A stretch of DNA of 64,000 bases. Origin: the human T2T-CHM13v2.0 reference genome, Homo sapiens. Shown piece after piece: positions 1 through 18,208 of the stretch. The notes beneath the pieces were generated by a model. It made no database searches and had not been told where the DNA came from. It saw nothing but the letters and a program-made list of their open reading frames with translations. A program made the position numbers and the translations under genes. How positions within the stretch are numbered: the first letter of the stretch is position 1; each line of letters opens with the position of its first letter. Where the stretch lies: assembly GCF_009914755.1 (NCBI RefSeq), contig NC_060943.1; one strand, written 5' to 3'.

Positions 1-1215
1 CCCCTCCCTCCCTTTATCTCTCTCTCCCTCTCTCCATCTCTCTGTCTCTCATTCTGTCTCCCTCCCTCCCTCCATCTCTCCCTCCCTCCCTCCCTCCCTC
101 CCTCTCTCCATCTCTCCTTCCCTCTCTCCCTCCCTCTCTCCATCTCTCTCTCCCTCTTTCCATCTCTCTTTCCATCTCTCTCTCTCCATTTCTCCATCTC
201 TCTCTCCATCACTCTCTCTCCATTTCTCCATCTCTCTCTCCATCACTCTCTCATTCTCTCTCCCCCTTCTCCCTCCCTCCTTTCATCTCTCTCTCCCCTT
301 CCCTCCCTCCCTCTCTCTCCCCCTCCCTCTCTTTATCTCTCTCTCCCTCTCTCCATCTCCCTCTCTTTCTCTCTCCCTCCCTCCCTCCATCTCTCTCTAC
401 CTCTTTCCATCTCTCTCTCCATCTCTGTCTCATCTCTCTCCATCTCTCCATCTCTCCATTTCTCCATCTATCTCTCCATCTCTCTATCTCCATCTCTCTC
501 TTCATCTCTCTCTCCATCTCTCTATCTGCCTCTGCATCTCTCCATCTATCTCCGTCTCTCTCTTCTTCTCTCTCTCCATCTCTCCATCTCTCTCTCCATC
601 TCTCCATCTCTCTATCTCCGTCTCTGTCTTCATCTCTCCATCTCTCTCCATCTCTGTCAATCTCTCTCTCCATCTCTCTCCATCTCTCTCTCATTCTCTT
701 TCCCCCTTCTCCCTCCCTCCTTTCATCTCTCTCTCCCCTTCCCTCCCTCCCTCTCTCTTCCCCTCCCTCCCTTTATCTCTCTCTCCCTCTCTCCATCTCT
801 CTGTCTCTCATTCTGTCTCCCTCCCTCCCTCCATCTCTCCCTCCCTCCCTCCCTCCCTCCCTCTCTCCATCTCTCCTTCCCTCTCTCCCTCCCTCTCTCC
901 ATCTCTCTCTCCCTCTTTCCATCTCTCTTTCCATCTCTCTCTCTCCATTTCTCCATCTCTCTCTCCATCACTCTCTCTCCATTTCTCCATCTCTCTCTCC
1001 ATCACTCTCTCATTCTCTCTCCCCCTTCTCCCTCCCTCCTTTCATCTCTCTCTCCCCTTCCCTCCCTCCCTCTCTCCCCCTTCCTCCCTTTATCTCTGTC
1101 TCTCCCTCTCTGTCATTCTCTCTCCCTCCCTCTCTCCATCTCTCTCTCTCCCTCTCTCCATCTCTCTCTCCATCTCTCCATCTCTCCCTCTATCTCCCTG
1201 TCTCCATCTCTCCAT

Positions 1216-1262
<47 letters not shown>
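1..1262. repeat. CT-rich complex tandem repeat ((TCTCCA)n/(CCCT)n/(TC)n) with a 759-bp-offset internal duplication
   Basis: Near-pure pyrimidine sequence; 1-316 recurs at 760-1075 (identical ORFs 49..246 and 808..1005). Confidence 0.95.
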
Positions 1263-1265
<3 letters not shown>

Positions 1266-1851
1266 TCCCGTTTGAAGGTTGCCTCCCACATCTGCCTTCC
1301 GCCAAGGCCCGGGCTCTGACCCGCCGTCTGAATGCCTGACTCCAACCGCACATCTGTGGGGTAATTGTCTCCTACGACCACAAGGTACTGAGGCAAATTA
1401 TAGTTACGGGGCGGGGGCCTCCATGTGGGCGAACTGCGTCCGCTGGGCCGGGCTCTGCCGGCCTCAGCTGGGCAGGATGACCGAGGCATGGCCCCACTAG
1501 GGTCAGGAAAGCTCACGCCCAGCCCTTCCCCTCGCCCCTCCCCACACACCAGCCAGTCCTTTGCCAGGCCTCCATCTTTAGTGCCAGGATGAAAATGCCT
1601 TTTGCAAAAATCAGCAGGAAACTCCAATATTTGCAAAACCCTGACTTTCTATTCATGCATACATTCCTGCATTCAACAGATCTGTTACGGAGCGCCTACT
1701 CTGAGCCAGGCACTGTTCCAGGCACTGAGGCCAAAGCAGTGAATGAGACCAACACAATTCTCAGCCCTCCTGAAATCAACACCCCACTGGGGGAGACAGG
1801 CAAGAAATAGGGAATAGTCATCAGTGCTTTGAAGAAAAAGCAGGAAAGTGA

Positions 1852-2945
<1,094 letters not shown>

Positions 2946-3682
2946 TGACGGATGCATAGGAGTTGCTCAGCGGTGCAAAGAGGAAAGGCATCCCAGGCAG
3001 AAGCAAAGGCCCGGAGCTGTAGAAGAACGTGGTGTCATCAGGAAGTGGGACGGTGACATGCATTAGTGAGAGAAGGGGGATGAGTGGGAAGCCGGGTCCA
3101 GTCGCCGTCGGGTTCTTATGTTGGAGACCATGAAGGGAGGCCAAGAGAGGAGGGAACCAGCCACAGCTGCACTTTAGGAAGATTCCTCCACGGTGCCGGG
3201 GACTGAGCAGAGGAGACGAGACTGGGGTGGCCACGTTCCCCAGCACGCCACCCCGTCCTCAGCCCCAATGACACAGCGAGGCGCCTGGTCCCCATTCATG
3301 TCCTGCGCCAGCTGCTCAGCCTCCACTTCCCTCCGAGCACTCGGAGAGGACACAGAAAAGCAGAGGCCAGAGGAGTTCCGGGTGGGCCCTGTCATTGCCA
3401 TGTCAGAGCTAAGGGGCAGTCCCTCCCCAGGGAAGTTCTTCCTGCAGTCTATCTGCAGTCCCTCCTGCTACCTGCGGGCCAGGACATCCAGCCCCCACAT
3501 ACACACCAGTGACCAGCCCCTTCTCGCCTCACCCGGGCATACACTTCATGCTCCATAAATGCACAGCGACTGTTACATTATGAAACAAAAGGAACCCCCC
3601 CACCCCCTACCACCCAAGCCCCCCAACTTGTCTCTGCTTGGAGGCCAGGAGAAGGAAGGAGAAGATAAAATAGTGACAGTCA

Positions 3683-3982
<300 letters not shown>

Positions 3983-4309
3983 GACTTACCCCTCCAGGGT
4001 CCCATGAAGACAGCCGAGCCCTGCCCGGAGCTAACGGAGGCCTTGGAGCACGCTCACAGGGGCACCCTCCCGGCTGGCATCTGGGAAGCGGAGGTGGGTG
4101 GGTGTTGCGGGGGGGGGGGGTCGGTGGGGGGGGGCGTTCCCCCTCCCGCCCCAGGCTGCCGGGTCCTGCGCATCCGTCTGTCCCTGATGGAGGTGGTGGG
4201 CAGGCGGGAGAAGCCACGCTCCTTCCGGGGGGCGGGAGGGGGGATTTTCCAATCAGAGTTTGAGCTTCATTCACAAATCCATGGCCCCGTCTGATTGCAC
4301 CAACGGCTG

Positions 4310-4345
<36 letters not shown>

Positions 4346-4467
4346 CCTGTGACAGCCTCGCCGGGCTGTGGGTGGTCACTTAGTTGAGAGTGGCCTGGTG
4401 TGTCTCACATTAACGCATCCCAAGCCCTCCTGCCTCTCTCTCTTCTCTCTTCTCTCCTCTCTCTCTG

Positions 4468-4507
<40 letters not shown>

Positions 4508-4587
4508 TCGTCTATGCTCTCCAGCTCCCAGTGTCCCCGGCACCCTCCTCCGACTCCCCAGAGAAAAGCTGCTTGTGTGACGGCATC

Positions 4588-4653
4588 ATGGAAGCCGGGT
4601 GCCCGGACCTGCCTCCCAGGCGGCCGGCCCAGCCCGCACTCCGGTCCCCATAA
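4588..4653 (+). other. Upstream ORF (21 aa, MEAGCPDLPPRRPAQPALRSP*) in the putative exon-1a leader
   Basis: atcATGg (A at -3, G at +4) to TAA at 4651-4653, ending 35 nt before the exon-1a ATG and in a different frame. Confidence 0.55.
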
Positions 4654-4688
4654 GGCGATTCGGGGCCGCCCTCGCCGTCCGCCCCAGC

Positions 4689-4784
4689 ATGGAGGTGCCC
4701 GGGCCCCCCGTGTCCAGCAAGCCGGGAGAGACCTCGGTCAAATGGCAACTGTGCTACGACACGACGGCTAAAATGTGGTGGATG
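4689..4784 (+). CDS. NFIC: NFIC distal alternative first coding exon (1a), 32 aa MEVPGPPVSSKPGETSVKWQLCYDTTAKMWWM
   Basis: ATG in strong Kozak context (agcATGg), 32 open codons, phase-0 donor ATG|GTGAGT at 4785. Gap-free similarity to the recalled long NFIA N-terminus MKLADSVMAGKASDGSIKWQLCYDISARTWWM (14/32 identical). Same strand as, and upstream of, the NFIC exons; lies in a CpG-rich patch. Confidence 0.85.
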
Positions 4785-6004
4785 GTGAGTGGAGCGGGGC
4801 CCGCCGTGGCCCGGGGCCGGGGGCAGGAGGGGGCGGCCGGCCGAGGAGGCTTCTCCAGCCAGGCGTGGTTGGGGGGCGGCGGTGACCCCCCCACTGGGGA
4901 GCTGTGAAGTCGGGGAAGGTGGTCAGAGGTGGTGAAACCGAGCCCAGATCATGGAGAGCAGAATAATTCTTGCATCTTCCACCTGGAGACGAGTCCGCGG
5001 CTGCCCAGGCACCGCTAAGGGCCCGAAAGTGCCTGTTTCTGTGGCCCACGAGGGCACCAGGGTGGCCGTTCCCTTGGACGGTTTTGCAGAGGATCAGTGG
5101 TCCTGGAGATGCTTGTGCTGGGCCCAGGGCCTGTGATGGGATGTTCTGAGGGTGGGGAGGTCTCAGCGGGCTGGGGAGTGTGAGGCCCAGGGACTGGGCT
5201 GCTGTGTGACCCCGGCCAAGCCCTCGCCTGCCTCTGTGCCCTGTGGTCCCAGAAAACGGGGTGGACACCCTCCTCGCTCTGGCTGGATGATGGCCAAGGG
5301 CCGAGGGAAGGTGAGGTGGGGCTGTCGCCTGCTTTGGCCCAGAGGAGGACTATGGCATCACCCCTAAGATTGGGCACCCTTCCGGAAGCTTCCAGTGGTG
5401 GTGGTGGGGGGTGGTTAAGGCCACGTCCCTTGAAACTGGGACCCACCGGATGGGGTAAGAAGCAATTCCGGGGCAGCTCTGTGTGTAAGACAGGGCACAG
5501 TTATGGAGCCTGGCTGGGGGCCATTGTCCACGGCCCTTGGGGTCCGCGCGAGACCGTCACTCTGTCCGCCTCTCAGTCCGTCGGTCCATCCAGCTGTCTG
5601 GGAGCTGGCCGGTGATCCATGGGGAACTTGAAAACCCGTCAACACAGTTCTGCATCATGCAGATGTGTGTTTCAACCTGGGCTTACTGTGTGACCTTGGG
5701 ACAGTGGCTCACCCTCTCTGGCCCGCAGGTTCTCCCATCAGGGAAATGATGAGCGGCCTAGACTTCTCGGGTTTCATGGCAGGTGCTCTGTGGGTCGCCA
5801 AGGAAAGTTGGGCCTCGAGGTGGGACATGGCACCTCATGACCTGCTGTGACCTCTCATAGCTGCTGTCTCTGGGGTGTGTCTGCTTCAGGTGGGGTCAGA
5901 GCCTCTGGGGTCATTTCCTTAGTCTCTGAGCACCAAAGTCTTGGGGTTTACAAGGACAGAGAGACCTTTCCCACAGCCCTGGGGAGTGTCCTGCATTGGT
6001 TTCA

Positions 6005-6730
6005 CTTTTCATTCTTCATACAACCAACATTTGAGTACTCGCTGTACCCCAGGCCCCATTTCTCCATACGGGGGACACAGCAGTGACCCAGACAGGAAAA
6101 AAAAAGTCCCTGCCTTCTTGGGGCAAATGTCCCAGAGCGGGAGACAGAGGATAAAAATATCTGTGCACAAAGTAGGAGTGAACTACGATTGTAGGAGGAA
6201 GCAGTGAGAAGGCGCTGGGGGCCTGAGTGAGCCCAGGCAATCTGGGAGGGCTTTCCTGAGGAGGTGACATCTGACCTGAGACCTGGTGGATGACAGAATT
6301 CATTCAGATAAGAGAAATGGGAATAGAGTTCCAGGCATGGGGCGTGGCATGTGGAAAGGCCCTGGGGCAGGACCACATCTGGCCTGTTGGAGGAACAGCG
6401 AGGAGGCCTGTGTGGCTGGACCAGAGTGAGGAGGGGGAGAAAGGGAGGAGGAGAGGGCAGGGAAGGGACGGGGCAGGTCACGCAGACCTGATGGCCTCTG
6501 GGAGGACTTGGGCTGTGACACCGAGGAAGGTGGGAGCCATGGAGGGCTGCGGGCAGAGGAGGGACGGGACCTATTTTATATTTTTAAAGCTTCCTTGGGC
6601 TTCTGTGGGGAGAAAGGGTGGCTGGGGCTGATGTGGCAGCCAGAGACCAGGGGAGGCTGAGGCGGCTTCTAGGCGAGGGATGATGGGGACTTGGAGGTGC
6701 AGGGAAGGGAGCAGGTTTCAGATGAAAAAA
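6005..6730 (-). mobile_element. L2-derived repeat, copy A
   Basis: L2 3'-end on the minus strand plus the GGAGGAACAGCGAGGAGGCC...GGAGCCATGGAGGG block. Confidence 0.75.
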
Positions 6731-6939
6731 GGCTGGGACTTGGCAATTAAACTGAAGGCCCAGAGAAGCTGAGTGATTTGCTCAAAGTCACCCAGCAAGT
6801 GAAGAACAGAGCTGGGAGTGGGAGAAGGGCCTGAGGTCAGAGGTCAGAGGTGGGGGAGGTGGGGAGCCCTTCCTCATCTCCATCTCCTGGGTCCTTAGCG
6901 AGCCAAGCAGAACTGGCAGTTTGAGAAAAGGAGAACATT

Positions 6940-9523
<2,584 letters not shown>

Positions 9524-9769
9524 TCACGTCAGCTCTCTGTGCCTCAGTTTCCTCATCTGTAAAGCAGGCGGAGGTATGCACAGCAGAGCCCCCCTTCCCC
9601 CCAGTAGGGTCTTTGTGGGAAATCCAATATGCTGATGACCACGGAGGTATCTTGCAAACTGTTAAGGGCCCTGCCCAGGTCAGGAACTGAGTAATAGTCA
9701 CAAAGATAAAGTGAGAGAGATTGTGGTTAGATTCCAGAAGGACTTCCGTGGTGGCTCCACATGCGCCAT

Positions 9770-10220
9770 GAGTGCCTATTACGAGTCCGCGGTGAACCAG
9801 AGAGACCCAGCCCTGCCCTTCCTGGGCTCCTGGCCCGGCATGGAGAACAGTAAAAGAGAAAATGAATAATGCATGAGATAATTTTAAATTGAGAGGAGGA
9901 CGGTGAAGAAATTAGAAGAGGCAGCCAGTGGGCCGGGAAGGTGACGTTGCGGCCTGAGCCATCTCAAGGGACCTAAAGTCTTGGTGGGGGCAGAGGGCAT
10001 GGCCCGTGCAAAGGCCCCGAGGCAGGACTGGGCTGGTGCGTTAGAGGAATGGCCAGGAGGCCCATGTGGCTGGAGCAGAGTGAGGAGGGAGAGAGAGGGA
10101 GAAGGGGAGGGTAGGGAGGGGATGGGCAGGTTGTGCAGGGCACTGTGGCCTCCGGGGTGGATGTGGTGTTTGGGACCAGAAACCCTAGGGAGCCATGGAG
10201 GGTTGTGGGCAGAGAGGGCC
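9770..10220 (-). mobile_element. L2-derived repeat, copy B
   Basis: GCAAAGGCCCCGAGGCAGGAC...GGAGCCATGGAGGG block. Confidence 0.7.
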
Positions 10221-12189
10221 TCCCCCATCCACTGAGTGGTTCCCTGTGCCCATCCGTGAGTGCCACCCGCCACCTCCCCCTCTGTGTGCCCGGCGCTGGT
10301 GGGGGGCCTCGAGATGCTTCGTCTCCCCAGCCCCCTGGCCCGCGCCCGCCCGGCCGCCGCCCACTCTGCCCACATCTGAGGCGCCTAGGAGCCGGACAGT
10401 CTGCCGCAAACCACGGAATGTTTCCCGGAGCGCCGGGCCGGGAATGTCGGCGGTGAGGAGGGGAAGGGTGGGGAGACCCAGAGAGATGGGCCGGGGCGGT
10501 GGGCACCGCCACGCGAGGGACGCAGAATCATTGTCACCCTCAACCCCAGAGAGGGGCCACCACGATGCCGCCGCTTTACAGATGGGGAAACTGAGGCACG
10601 GAGTGGCGAAGCGACTTTCTATGTCCACAGGGCTTGGGAGAGGCAGCGCTGGGATTCGAACCCAGACTTCCTGGCCACAGACCTCAGGGGCTTGCCCACT
10701 AACCCACAGCAAAGAGGTCAGCGGGAACTCAGTGAATGAATAAATGAATGAATGAATGGGTTTTGTAAGTGAGTGAATGAAGGCTCATTCACTCCGCCCA
10801 GCCAGGCCTCCCACCCCAGCCACAGACCAAGCAGAACATGCTGAAACACACCAGCCCCCATCCTCCAGTTCCCACCACTCCCACTACCATCTGGAAGTCC
10901 CTCCTTGTATCCGACCTAGGTCTTTCCTCACTCTTTTCTTCTCCAGGGCAGATAAATGGCAAGGCGTTCACACCCTCCCCTGCAAGCCGCTGAGTCTGTC
11001 CCTCCAGGAGAAGGGCAGAGCCCAGCCACTGCTCACCCTGGAAGTCACTGGGGAAGGGACAGTTGAGGCTCAGAGAGGGGCAGTACTTTCCCCAAGGTCA
11101 CACAGCAAATTCTTGTAACGTCAGAGCCCTGAACGATTCCTGAGATGACGCCCAATTAGAGTCATGGCCGGCTGAGCCTCCCATGTTGTATCTCCTTCAA
11201 TCCTCCCAACAAGTCGATAGGGAAGGAACCATTATTATCACCATTTTATAGATGGGGAAACTGAGGCTTGGCAAGGGGCAGCCGCTGCAGGAGGTGGCCG
11301 GGAAGCGACCAGGGTAATGTGGCCACTCTCTGGATCAGCTGAGCAGAGGGACCAACTTGTTACTCTGCCACCTGTGATGGGGGTGATATGAAGCCATGGC
11401 TGCCAGGGGTCATATCACCCAGGTGTCGTGTGTCTACCCCAGCCACACGCTAAGTCCTCATAGCTGCCTGGCCACGTGGTTTCGCCCACCTTTGCAGCTG
11501 GTGGCTTTGCAAGGTTCCATGAAACCCCTAGCAGGGCGGAGGCACCTTGTCCTTTGATAGAAACCCACTGGGCAGGGAGAAGCCACTGGCTAGGGGCTCC
11601 CTGGAGATGGTGACATTTGAGCCAGGCCCAGAGGGATGCTAAAGCTTTCAACACAAGAAGGTAGCAGGGAGGGCATTCCTGGCAGAAGGAACTGCTCAGA
11701 CAAAGGTGTGGTGGTGCGAATGTGCCCCCGTGTGACAGAGCTAAAATGGGGCCTGAGGCGGGGGCAGGTAAGAGAGACATGTAAAGCCAGGCTGTGATGG
11801 GTGGGTCTCAAATGCGAGGCTGCGGAGGTGGGGCTTTCTCTCCAGGGTAATGGGGAGCCATGGGAGGTGTCTGAGCGAACAGGACCAGAGGGACAGATGG
11901 GAGAGAGGATCTAAGGGGAGAGTGAGCAGATGTTGGGATGGACAGACTATGGGGAGCCAGGAGGAGGGAGAAGATGGGGCTGATGCCAGAGATCCCTACC
12001 TCAGGGATGGGGAGTGATGGTGGAATTGTCCCTGACATGGGGACATGGAAGGAGGAGGGGGTTTGAGGAAGACGCTGAGTCTGGAGACCTTGAGGAAAGT
12101 CCTGGAAGAAGCTGAATAAGGGAGAGAGATCGCTGGAGTCTAAGATAATGACTAGAACATCTGTGATCAGTAACTGCTTGTGAATTGGA

Positions 12190-13090
12190 TGGAGGGAGGG
12201 AGGGAGGAGTCGATAGGTGGGTGGGTTGATGGGTGGACAGATGGATGAGTGGATGGCTAGATGAGGGGATAGATGGGTGGGCAGGTGGGTGGGTGGATGG
12301 ATAGATGAGTAGAGTGATGGATGGATGGATGGATGGATGGATGGGAGGGAGGTGGATGGATGGATGGATTGATAAGTGGTTGGATGGTTGGATGGATGGA
12401 TGAGTGGATGGATGGATGAGTGGATGAGTGGATGGATGAGTGGAGAGATGAATCAATGGCTGGATGGATGGACGGATGGATGGATGAATGGGCAAACGGA
12501 TGGGTAGGTGGATGGTTGCATGGATGAATGGATGGATGAATGCATGGATGGATGGGTGGGTGGATGGATGGATGGATGGATGGATGGATGGATGGGTGGA
12601 TGAATGGAAGGATGGTTGAGTGTATGGCTGAGTGAGTGAATGGATGAGTGGAGAGATGAATGGATGGGCTGATGGATGGATGCAGGCATGGGTGGATGGA
12701 CAGACGAATGGGCAAATGGATGGGTACATGGATGCATGGATGAACGAATGCATGGATGGATGGGTGGATGGATGGATGAGTAGAGGGATGGATGGGTGGA
12801 TGGGTGAATGGATGGGAAGGTGGATGGATAGATGGATAAAGGGATGAAGGGAGTGGTGGATAGATGGATGGATGGATGGATGGATGAATAGAGGGAAGGA
12901 TGGGTGAATGGATGGGAAGGTGGATGGATAGATGGACAAAGGGATGAAGGGAGTGGTGGACAGATGGATGGATGGATGGATAGAGGGATGGATGGGTGGA
13001 TGGATGAATGGATGGGAAGGTGGATAGATAGATGGATAAAGGGCTGAAGGGAGTGGTTGATAGATGGATGGATGGTTGGTTGGCTGCATG
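12190..13090. repeat. (GGAT)n degenerate tetranucleotide repeat
   Basis: ~900 bp of ggat/gggt/gaat units. Confidence 0.95.
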
Positions 13091-14479
13091 TGTGGGTGGA
13101 TCAATGGGTAGGTGGAGCCTGAAGACAGAAGTGGCTGCCCTGAGTGTGAAGGCAAAGGCACAGCCCTGGGAAGCCCCCACATCAGGGCCAGGAAGAGGAG
13201 ATTTGGGGAGGAAGCAGGAACTGTGCCAGTTGCCCCTGTAACTGCCTCTCTGTGAGGCCTCCCCACCCAAGTCCTTTCCTCTACCCCTCTTCCCCAGAAA
13301 TGGCTTTGGGACTTGAAATCCCCGCCCCCCGCCCCACACCCCACCACACACACACACATGGCTCAGCTCTGGGGGGCCTACCGCAGACAAATCAGTGGAA
13401 AATTAAAATAGTGCCTGTGCACTGGTGATCGGCGGCTTCAGCCGGGCACTTAATGATCCCTTTCTGGGGATTGTTACCAGCTGGAGGTGGCGGGGGGGTG
13501 GGGGGTCTTCACCAGCCACCCAATCTGAGCAGTAGGGGGTGGTCCCTGGGAGAGGGGGTGCAGCCCACAAAGCCAGAAGTTGGCAGTGATGGCAAAGCTG
13601 GGAAGGGCTTAGGCAGGGAAAGGGATGACCTTGAGCTCCGGGGATGAACCCACTTGGACCCCTGCACCCCTGTGGCCCCTGCTGGGACGTCCTTTCTCTC
13701 TCAGTTTGGCTAGATGGCTCCAGCTCATCTTGTAGTTCTCAGGTCCAATGTCACCACCTCCAGGAAGCCCTCCTGGACTAGGTCAAATCCCCTCAGAAGT
13801 ATCTAACCATCCTTATCTATAATCCTATTTGCCTGGAGGCCTTGAGAGCAAAACCTCACTTTGCCACATTAGCTGTGTGTCCTTGGGGAAGTCACTTTCC
13901 CCCTCTGTGGCTTGTTTTCCTCATTTGTAAAATAAGGCTGTTAGGAGAATTTTTTTTCTTTTTTAGAGACAGGATGTGACTCTGTCATCCAGGCTGGAGT
14001 GCGGTGGCACGATCACAGTTCACTGCAGCCTCAAATTCCCTGGGTTCAAGCGATCCTCCCACCTCAGCCTCCCAAGTAGCTGAGACTACAAGTGTATGCC
14101 ACCATGCTTGGCTAATTTTTTAGTAGAGATGGGAGGTCTCAGTATGTTGCCCAGGCTGGTCTCGAACTCCTGACCTCAAGTGATCCTCCCGCCTCGGCCT
14201 CCCAAAGGGCGGAATTACAGGCATGAGCCATCTCGCTGGGCCCCTGTTGGGAGGATTAAATGAACAATTGTGGGTAAACTGGTATTTACTGAGCCTTTAT
14301 TATGTACTGGGCACAGGGTTGAATCTGGTCCTCAAATTCTCAAAATAAGCCAATCAATGCCAGCAAGATGTTCATCCCCATTTTAGGGAGAGAGTCACTG
14401 AGGCCCCTAGGAATGAGATAAATTCACTTAATACCGTCACTGTGTGCCCGGACCAGTTCAGTTCCCTCTGCTCTCACCC

Positions 14480-14919
14480 CTCACAGTCTGTCCTCCCCAC
14501 AGCAGCCACCAGAGGGCGCCTGTGAGCACCTGGATCAGGTCCTGTCCCTCCTCTACCTACAACCCTCCATGGCTCCTACCTCCCTCAGGGTCAAAGCCCA
14601 AGTCCTCCCCATGGTCCACATGACCTGCCCCATCCTCTCCCTGCCCTCCCTTCTTCCCTCTCTTCCCACTAACTCTCTCTGCTGCAGCCACACGGGCCTC
14701 CTTGCTGTTCCTCCAACATGCCAGGCGTGGTCCTGCCCCAGGGCCTTTGCACAGGCTGTGCCTTCTGCTCAAGATGCCCTTCCACCTCCCCTTAGACAAA
14801 CTGGCTGTGCCTCCTCCATCTGGCCTCAACTCAAATGGCATCCAGAACACCCCTCCCCCAACTAAAGGAGGTCCTCCTGCTGTAGTGTCTGACCCAGCCC
14901 CATTCTTGTGAATGTAACA

Positions 14920-14962
<43 letters not shown>

Positions 14963-15080
14963 GTCATGCTGTATGTGACTTGGCAGGCGTCTCTGTTCCT
15001 CACTCAACTGCAGGGAGGGAGATACTTCTGTCCTAGCCTTCTCAGGGCCTCTAGCACCCCACATCAGAGAGCATGGCTCA
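14480..15080 (+). mobile_element. L2-derived repeat, copy C
   Basis: CTTGCTGTTCCTCCAACA...CAGGGCCTTTGCAC L2 signature. Confidence 0.75.
14506..14519 (+). promoter_or_regulatory. CTCF core motif
   Basis: CCACCAGAGGGCGC matches the CTCF core consensus CCRCYAGRKGGCRS at all positions. Confidence 0.7.
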
Positions 15081-15231
15081 TAATTGGCACTGAAGGACCA
15101 GGCGCAGTAGCTCACACCTGTAGTCCCAGCAGTTTGGGAGGCCGAGGCAGGTGGATCACCTGAGGTCAGGAGTTTGAGAGCAGCCTGACCAACATGGTGA
15201 AACCCCATCTCTACTAAAAATACAAAAATTA

Positions 15232-15396
<165 letters not shown>

Positions 15397-15519
15397 CTAA
15401 AAAAAAAAAATCTCTATCAGTATGGATTTGTACAGATTAATGTTATACTTTGGTTTCTAATCCAATTATGTGTACACACACACACATTATATATATATCC
15501 TCAACAACAGCAAACATTA

Positions 15520-16078
<559 letters not shown>

Positions 16079-16195
16079 GCTAGGTGTAGTGGCTCACACC
16101 GATAATCCCAACACTTTGGAAGACTGACACAGGAAGACTGCTTGAGGCGAGGAGCTCAAGACCAGCCGGGGCAACATAGGGAGATCGTGGCTCTA

Positions 16196-16480
<285 letters not shown>

Positions 16481-16519
16481 TCAAAATAAAATAAATAAAT
16501 AAATATATATATGTATATG

Positions 16520-16578
<59 letters not shown>

Positions 16579-16580
16579 TA

Positions 16581-17117
<537 letters not shown>

Positions 17118-17124
17118 TTATTGA

Positions 17125-17668
<544 letters not shown>

Positions 17669-17746
17669 TAGCCAGGATGGTCTCGATCTCCTGACCTCGT
17701 GATCCGCATGCCTCGGCCTCCCAAAGTGCTGGGATTACAGGTGTGA

Positions 17747-18208
<462 letters not shown>

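Larger units (their letters stand above)
4100..4900 (+). promoter_or_regulatory. Promoter/CpG-rich region of NFIC exon 1a
   Basis: G-runs 4109-4134, ETS-like CTTCCGG 4222, GC box 4229, GGGATTTTCC 4241 overlapping CCAAT 4249, (CA)n 4313-4343, TGACAG 4350, (CT)n ~4430-4510, CpG-dense 4540-4900. Confidence 0.65.

Noticed and set aside
1278-1384. Possible exon after the CT tract (GAAG|...AAG|GTACTG)
   Set aside because: Weak donor, 107 nt, no recognisable peptide and no upstream exon in the window.
12001-13390. 452- and 377-aa HPSI-rich ORFs
   Set aside because: Translations of the (GGAT)n repeat.
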